Shown piece after piece: positions 59,825 to 64,000 of a DNA stretch of 64,000 nucleotides; the stretch's first letter is position 1; every line of letters begins with the position of its first letter. This DNA comes from a bacterium. Lineage in GTDB: Bacteria > Electryoneota > Electryoneia > Electryoneales > Electryoneaceae. Under the pieces are notes generated by a model, which did not search any database, was not told the DNA's origin, and saw only the letters and a list, made by a program, of their open reading frames with translations. The position numbers and the translations under genes were made by a program. The stretch is taken from the NCBI GenBank assembly GCA_963675295.2, contig CAXXKJ010000002.1, positions 4,416,001-4,480,000 of the forward strand. Reading direction: 5' to 3'.

Positions 59825-60486
59825 GGTTCCTTCCCCTTGTGGTTATCTCCATCATGTGGAGCACGAACTCAATTTGCAGCAGGTGAGCTGAATTGGAACG
59901 TTGCTAAGGCGAACGCACCACCTCCTTTCGCTCGTCCAAGGGTGGACGGAGACCTAGCTGTGAACACGGTTTTGTTGTATACACTCGTGTCCGAGAGGCT
60001 GGTGCAGGAACCGTACATGGATAGCAGAATCGTTTGTAACAGCCTTAGTTGGCAGTGCGAGTAAGCCGTCACAAACTCGGACCCATCGTTCAATCTGGCC
60101 CGTTCAGAGAGAGCAGTGCGAGGAACGTTGGAATTGTACTCGGCGGGGCGTCACCTACACAACAGCCGCCGAGGTTTTTTTGGAAAAATCCGCGCTCGCG
60201 GGCTCCGCGAGAGCCTGCGAAGTTTACTTATAACAATGATTTATTCGTTGATTATATCTAATGCTTTTGGGATAATCGGGTTGCCTGGTCACAGTGCGAA
60301 CGTTGCTTGATTTGCCTGGCCGAGAAGTTCGTTCAGCGTGGTTCCTCCCTGTCAGAAGTCCTGCCTGAACCGCTGTTTCGGGCTGCTGTGCGTGTGGTCA
60401 GACACGTGTTGGAAGATGAATCCAGGTTGGCAGTTTTTCGGCCTGACCCGGACCCATTGTCAGGGGGCTAACTTGTAATATAATCT

Positions 60487-61710
60487 CTACTTCAGTAGAA
60501 CCATCTTCCGAGTTGAGGTGAATTTGTCCACATCGAGCCGGGCGAAATACAGTCCGCTCGGCAGGTCCGAGGCGTCGAATGTCAACGCGTGCCTGCCCGC
60601 TCCGAACCTCTGGTTGGCGATTGTGACGGCCTCTCGTCCGAGGATGTCATAGACGGTAAGCTTCGCCGTGCCCTCCTCCGGCATGTCGATGGTGATTGTC
60701 GTCTCCGGGTTGAACGGGTTCGGGTAGATCGAACTGATGGTGCACTGTGAGGGAAATGTCACGGAGAACGGATTCAACTCCGGAACTGCGGTTTCCTCGA
60801 GTCCATAGACGACAAACTCTTCTCCCTCGATAGCATACAGGTATGGCCAGTCAAGTGCCAGCCTCAGTCCGGTGACATCGGAATCCTGCCCCACTGCCTG
60901 CGGGTTATGCGGATCGCTGATGTCGGTAGCGCGAACAGCCCCGCCCATGTATTCGTACCCTTCGTCGTAGGCTGCATAATGCAGGCTTGTGCTCAACTGG
61001 GTGTGCAGCACTTTGATCGCATCACCCCAACTCGTACCTGTCCACCGTTTCAGGAGATAAGGCCGGTCACCAGTCCAGTCCAGAGCGAAAAGCTGTGTCT
61101 GTGTATGGCCGAACTCATACGGCCCATCGTACCAGGTGTAGATAGCCTCCGTGGTCAGGAAACGGCCATCCGGGCTGATCGCGAGGTATTTGCCAACGCC
61201 GTCGTACACACAAACCAGTTCGGATTCCGGAAGATTTCGAATATCATACGTGTACAGTTGCCCGTTTGTGGAAAGCCCATACAACAGCTCCCCATTGGTG
61301 CCCATCTGGCTGAAGCTGGTGTTCAGGGGGGCTGCCATCAGGAACTGATGCTCTAGAGGATCACTGAGATCAAAGACTTTCAGCTCGCCGTTGACGAACA
61401 CAATCATGGTATCGCCGGAGATAGCGGCTGCGCCGTTCGGTCCAGCCAGTTCAGGGATGATGCCGGCATACACAGGCTGCTCCGGGATTGACACATTGAT
61501 CAGGTGGACGCGTCTCTGATAACCATCCTGTATGTACACCGCCGGCCCGTGGACATGGAACAAATGGACCATTCCGAAGATATCAGCCGGTATTCGCGCC
61601 AGCTCAGTCACATCCCAGTCCTCGAGCTCCGCAAGGCTCACTGAACCATCCGAACGGCAGCTTAGCAAACCGGACTGATTATTGTGAAAAACGGTCAGTA
61701 TGGTCTGCAC
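60487..61710 (-). CDS. LVIVD-like repeat protein with T9SS CTD; no evident signal peptide (possibly 5'-truncated)
   Basis: INVSIPEQP, FDLSDP, DISDPHNP repeats; IYPNPFNP..RKMVLLK. Confidence 0.7.
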   Translation of the reverse strand: MQTILTVFHNNQSGLLSCRSDGSVSLAELEDWDVTELARIPADIFGMVHLFHVHGPAVYIQDGYQRRVHLINVSIPEQPVYAGIIPELAGPNGAAAISGDTMIVFVNGELKVFDLSDPLEHQFLMAAPLNTSFSQMGTNGELLYGLSTNGQLYTYDIRNLPESELVCVYDGVGKYLAISPDGRFLTTEAIYTWYDGPYEFGHTQTQLFALDWTGDRPYLLKRWTGTSWGDAIKVLHTQLSTSLHYAAYDEGYEYMGGAVRATDISDPHNPQAVGQDSDVTGLRLALDWPYLYAIEGEEFVVYGLEETAVPELNPFSVTFPSQCTISSIYPNPFNPETTITIDMPEEGTAKLTVYDILGREAVTIANQRFGAGRHALTFDASDLPSGLYFARLDVDKFTSTRKMVLLK

Positions 61711-61846
61711 CGAACGCGCCGATTTTGCACGGATTGCACTCAGGGTCCGGCCCTCTCTCCGTGGCGCGGGTTGGCCTCACCCTTGGCGTTCGGGGGTGGG
61801 GGTGCTATACTCCGGGGGCTTTCGGGTATCCTGACTGGAGTGAAGG

Positions 61847-62677
61847 GTGGACACGACGGCGACCGAATACTGGGTGCATGATCTCGACCCGTTCCTGATT
61901 CATTTCGGTGGGGACATCGGGTTGCGGTACTACGGGCTGGCGTATGTGCTTGCGTTTCTGATCGCGTTCTGGTTGTTCGGCCGGTTCCGCCGTGCGGGAT
62001 TGTCGCCGTTAACGAAGAACCAGGAAGCGGACGCGATGCTGTTCCTCGTGCTCGGCGCGTTGCTCGGTGGACGGCTGGGCTTCATGCTGTTGTACGATCT
62101 GCCGCAGTTTCTGCGTGAGCCGTGGACGATTGTCGAGGTCTGGCGTGGCGGGATGGCGAGTCACGGCGGGTTTGTCGGTGTTGTCCTCGCCGGGATCTGG
62201 GTGGCGAAGCGGTACAAGATCACCTTCTGGCGGCTGGCGGACATGATGGCGGTGATGACGCCGCCGGGGTTGATGCTTGGCCGGATCGCGAACTTCATTA
62301 ATGGCGAGTTGTGGGGCCGGATCTCGTACGTCTCGTGGGCGGTGATCTTCCCGGATTCCGCCGCGCCGGGGACACCGGTGAGCCAGATTCCGCCACGACA
62401 CCCGTCCCAGTTGTACGAAGCGGCGCTGGAAGGGTTATTGTGCCTGGTGTACACGCAGCTGCGGGCGTGGAAGTCGAACGTGATCCGGGAACATCCGGGC
62501 CAGCTCGGTGGTGAGTTCCTGGTGTTGTACGGAATCGTCCGGATCGTGGGGGAACAATTCCGGGAGCCGGATGCCTCTCTGATCCTCGATCTTAGCCGCG
62601 GTTCGTTTTATTCTATCTTTTTAGCCCTCGCGGGGGTATTGATGATTTGGAATGCAAGGAGGAAACATGCGGACTGA
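61847..62677 (+). CDS. lgt: Prolipoprotein diacylglyceryl transferase
   Basis: RYYGLAY, GGRLG, GGMASHGG, GRIANFINGELWGR, HPSQLYE. Confidence 0.97.
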   Translation: MDTTATEYWVHDLDPFLIHFGGDIGLRYYGLAYVLAFLIAFWLFGRFRRAGLSPLTKNQEADAMLFLVLGALLGGRLGFMLLYDLPQFLREPWTIVEVWRGGMASHGGFVGVVLAGIWVAKRYKITFWRLADMMAVMTPPGLMLGRIANFINGELWGRISYVSWAVIFPDSAAPGTPVSQIPPRHPSQLYEAALEGLLCLVYTQLRAWKSNVIREHPGQLGGEFLVLYGIVRIVGEQFREPDASLILDLSRGSFYSIFLALAGVLMIWNARRKHAD

Positions 62678-63722
62678 GCGGTGGATCCTGATACTGCTCG
62701 TGCTCGTGTTGCTGCTTCCGTTGGGATGCCGGCGGAAGAAGAAGACGGAACAAATCAGTCTTGGCCGGACGTTGCGCGTCGTCGCGACCACGACCATCGT
62801 CGGCAATGTTGTGCAGGAGGTTGGCAAGGACAAGATCGACTTGACGATTCTGATTCCGGGCGAAGCCGATCCGCATGATTATGAGCTGACCCCCAGCGAC
62901 CTGCGTGCGATCAGCGACGCGGACATCATTTTTATCAACGGACTCGGGCTCGAACCGTTCATTGATGATATGGTTGAGCAGTCGGGGACGTCTGCGGACG
63001 TGGTTTCGGTTTCGAACGGTATCCGTCCGCGTCATTTCCAGGAGATGTCCAACTATCACCGGCTGGCGCAGGATGAGATTCGCGGCCAGTTCTATTCGGA
63101 CACCTCCGGGCACCAGATTGAACCGGACCCGGTGTTGCCGACGGTTGGTGATCCGCATGTGTGGACCAATCCGCACAACGTGATGGTGTGGACGGCGAAC
63201 ATCCAGGAAGCGATGGGCAAACACGACCCGGATAACGCCGGGGCGTACGGCACAAACGCCCAATGGTTCAAAACGAAGTTGCTTGACCTCGATGGCCGTA
63301 TCCTGCGGAAGGTTGAAGAAATTCCGCCGCTTTCACGTCACCTGATCACCGACCACCTGTTCCTCGGCTATTTCGCCGACCGGTACGGGTTTACGCAGGT
63401 CGGCACGATCATGCCGAACGCGAACATGGCGTCCTCGCCGTCCGTGAAGCAAATGGCGCGTCTTGAGGAATTGATCCGGCGGATGAAGGTGCCGACGATC
63501 TTTACCGGTTCTCCAATTGATGAATCGGTGGCGCAGCAGATCGCGAATGATTTGCGGATCGAGGTGCGGCGGCTGTATTCGGGCGGGCTGGCCTCGGAAG
63601 GGTCGCGCGCGACGACGTACATCGACTACATGGATTACAATCTCGAGCAGATGATTGAGGGGCTGAAGCCACGCCGTGTGCGCACATCCGATCCCACTCG
63701 ACCCGGAGCGATCCAGCGGTGA
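62667..63722 (+). CDS. Zn/Mn ABC transporter substrate-binding lipoprotein (TroA/ZnuA cluster A-I)
   Basis: Lipobox LPLGC, DPHDYE, NGLGLE, DPHVW, YFADRYG. Confidence 0.92.
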   Translation: MRTERWILILLVLVLLLPLGCRRKKKTEQISLGRTLRVVATTTIVGNVVQEVGKDKIDLTILIPGEADPHDYELTPSDLRAISDADIIFINGLGLEPFIDDMVEQSGTSADVVSVSNGIRPRHFQEMSNYHRLAQDEIRGQFYSDTSGHQIEPDPVLPTVGDPHVWTNPHNVMVWTANIQEAMGKHDPDNAGAYGTNAQWFKTKLLDLDGRILRKVEEIPPLSRHLITDHLFLGYFADRYGFTQVGTIMPNANMASSPSVKQMARLEELIRRMKVPTIFTGSPIDESVAQQIANDLRIEVRRLYSGGLASEGSRATTYIDYMDYNLEQMIEGLKPRRVRTSDPTRPGAIQR

Positions 63723-64000
63723 GTGAGCGGTTGTTGATCGAAGCGGCGGGATTGAAGGTGTCGTACCGGGACGCTGTCGCGCTGGAAGATATCAGTTTCG
63801 CAGTGTATGAGGGCGAGCGGATCGCGGTTGTCGGTCCCAACGGCGCTGGAAAAAGCACCCTGTTCAACACGTTAACCGGCCTGAAAGCATTGCAGGCCGG
63901 TTCGCTTTCGTTGCATCCCGTGAACGGTACCCCGCTGCGCATCGCCTTCCTGCCGCAGAAACCATCCCTCGACTGGGGGTTTCCGCTGACAGTGCTGGAC
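63719..64000 (+). CDS. Metal ABC transporter ATP-binding subunit, partial
   Basis: GTG start overlapping the previous stop; Walker A GPNGAGKST; runs off the window. Confidence 0.88.
   Translation, partial: MSERLLIEAAGLKVSYRDAVALEDISFAVYEGERIAVVGPNGAGKSTLFNTLTGLKALQAGSLSLHPVNGTPLRIAFLPQKPSLDWGFPLTVLD

Overview
Bacterial, mostly high-GC chromosomal window, probably from an FCB-superphylum lineage (inferred from the many secreted proteins ending in a T9SS type-A 'YPNPFN' sorting domain). The left third is housekeeping and stress genes: a partial S8 peptidase, NUDIX, HD protein, thioredoxin, rsgA, cinA-thpR-recA-recX, alaS, gpx-MarR, an endonuclease IV-like gene and an amidase. The centre (19.0-33.0 kb) is the best candidate for an undescribed system: a co-oriented, envelope-spanning multiheme cytochrome conduit. 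It has two large cytochrome c/cytochrome b fusions, periplasmic and lipoprotein multiheme cytochromes and a beta-barrel porin (69 heme-binding motifs counted by eye). It lies behind a sigma-54 promoter and an enhancer-binding protein whose input is an ArsC/LMW-PTP-like domain plus PAS. The right part (33-62 kb) holds many secreted beta-propeller-type proteins in tandem paralog groups with near-identical ends, AT-richer variable middles and interchangeable C-terminal modules. It also carries an orphan NtrC-type regulator, TetR-SDR, a BatA-like gene, hflX, lgt and a metal ABC transporter. No rRNA, tRNA, CRISPR array or transposase was seen. All calls are from motif reading; no database searches were run.
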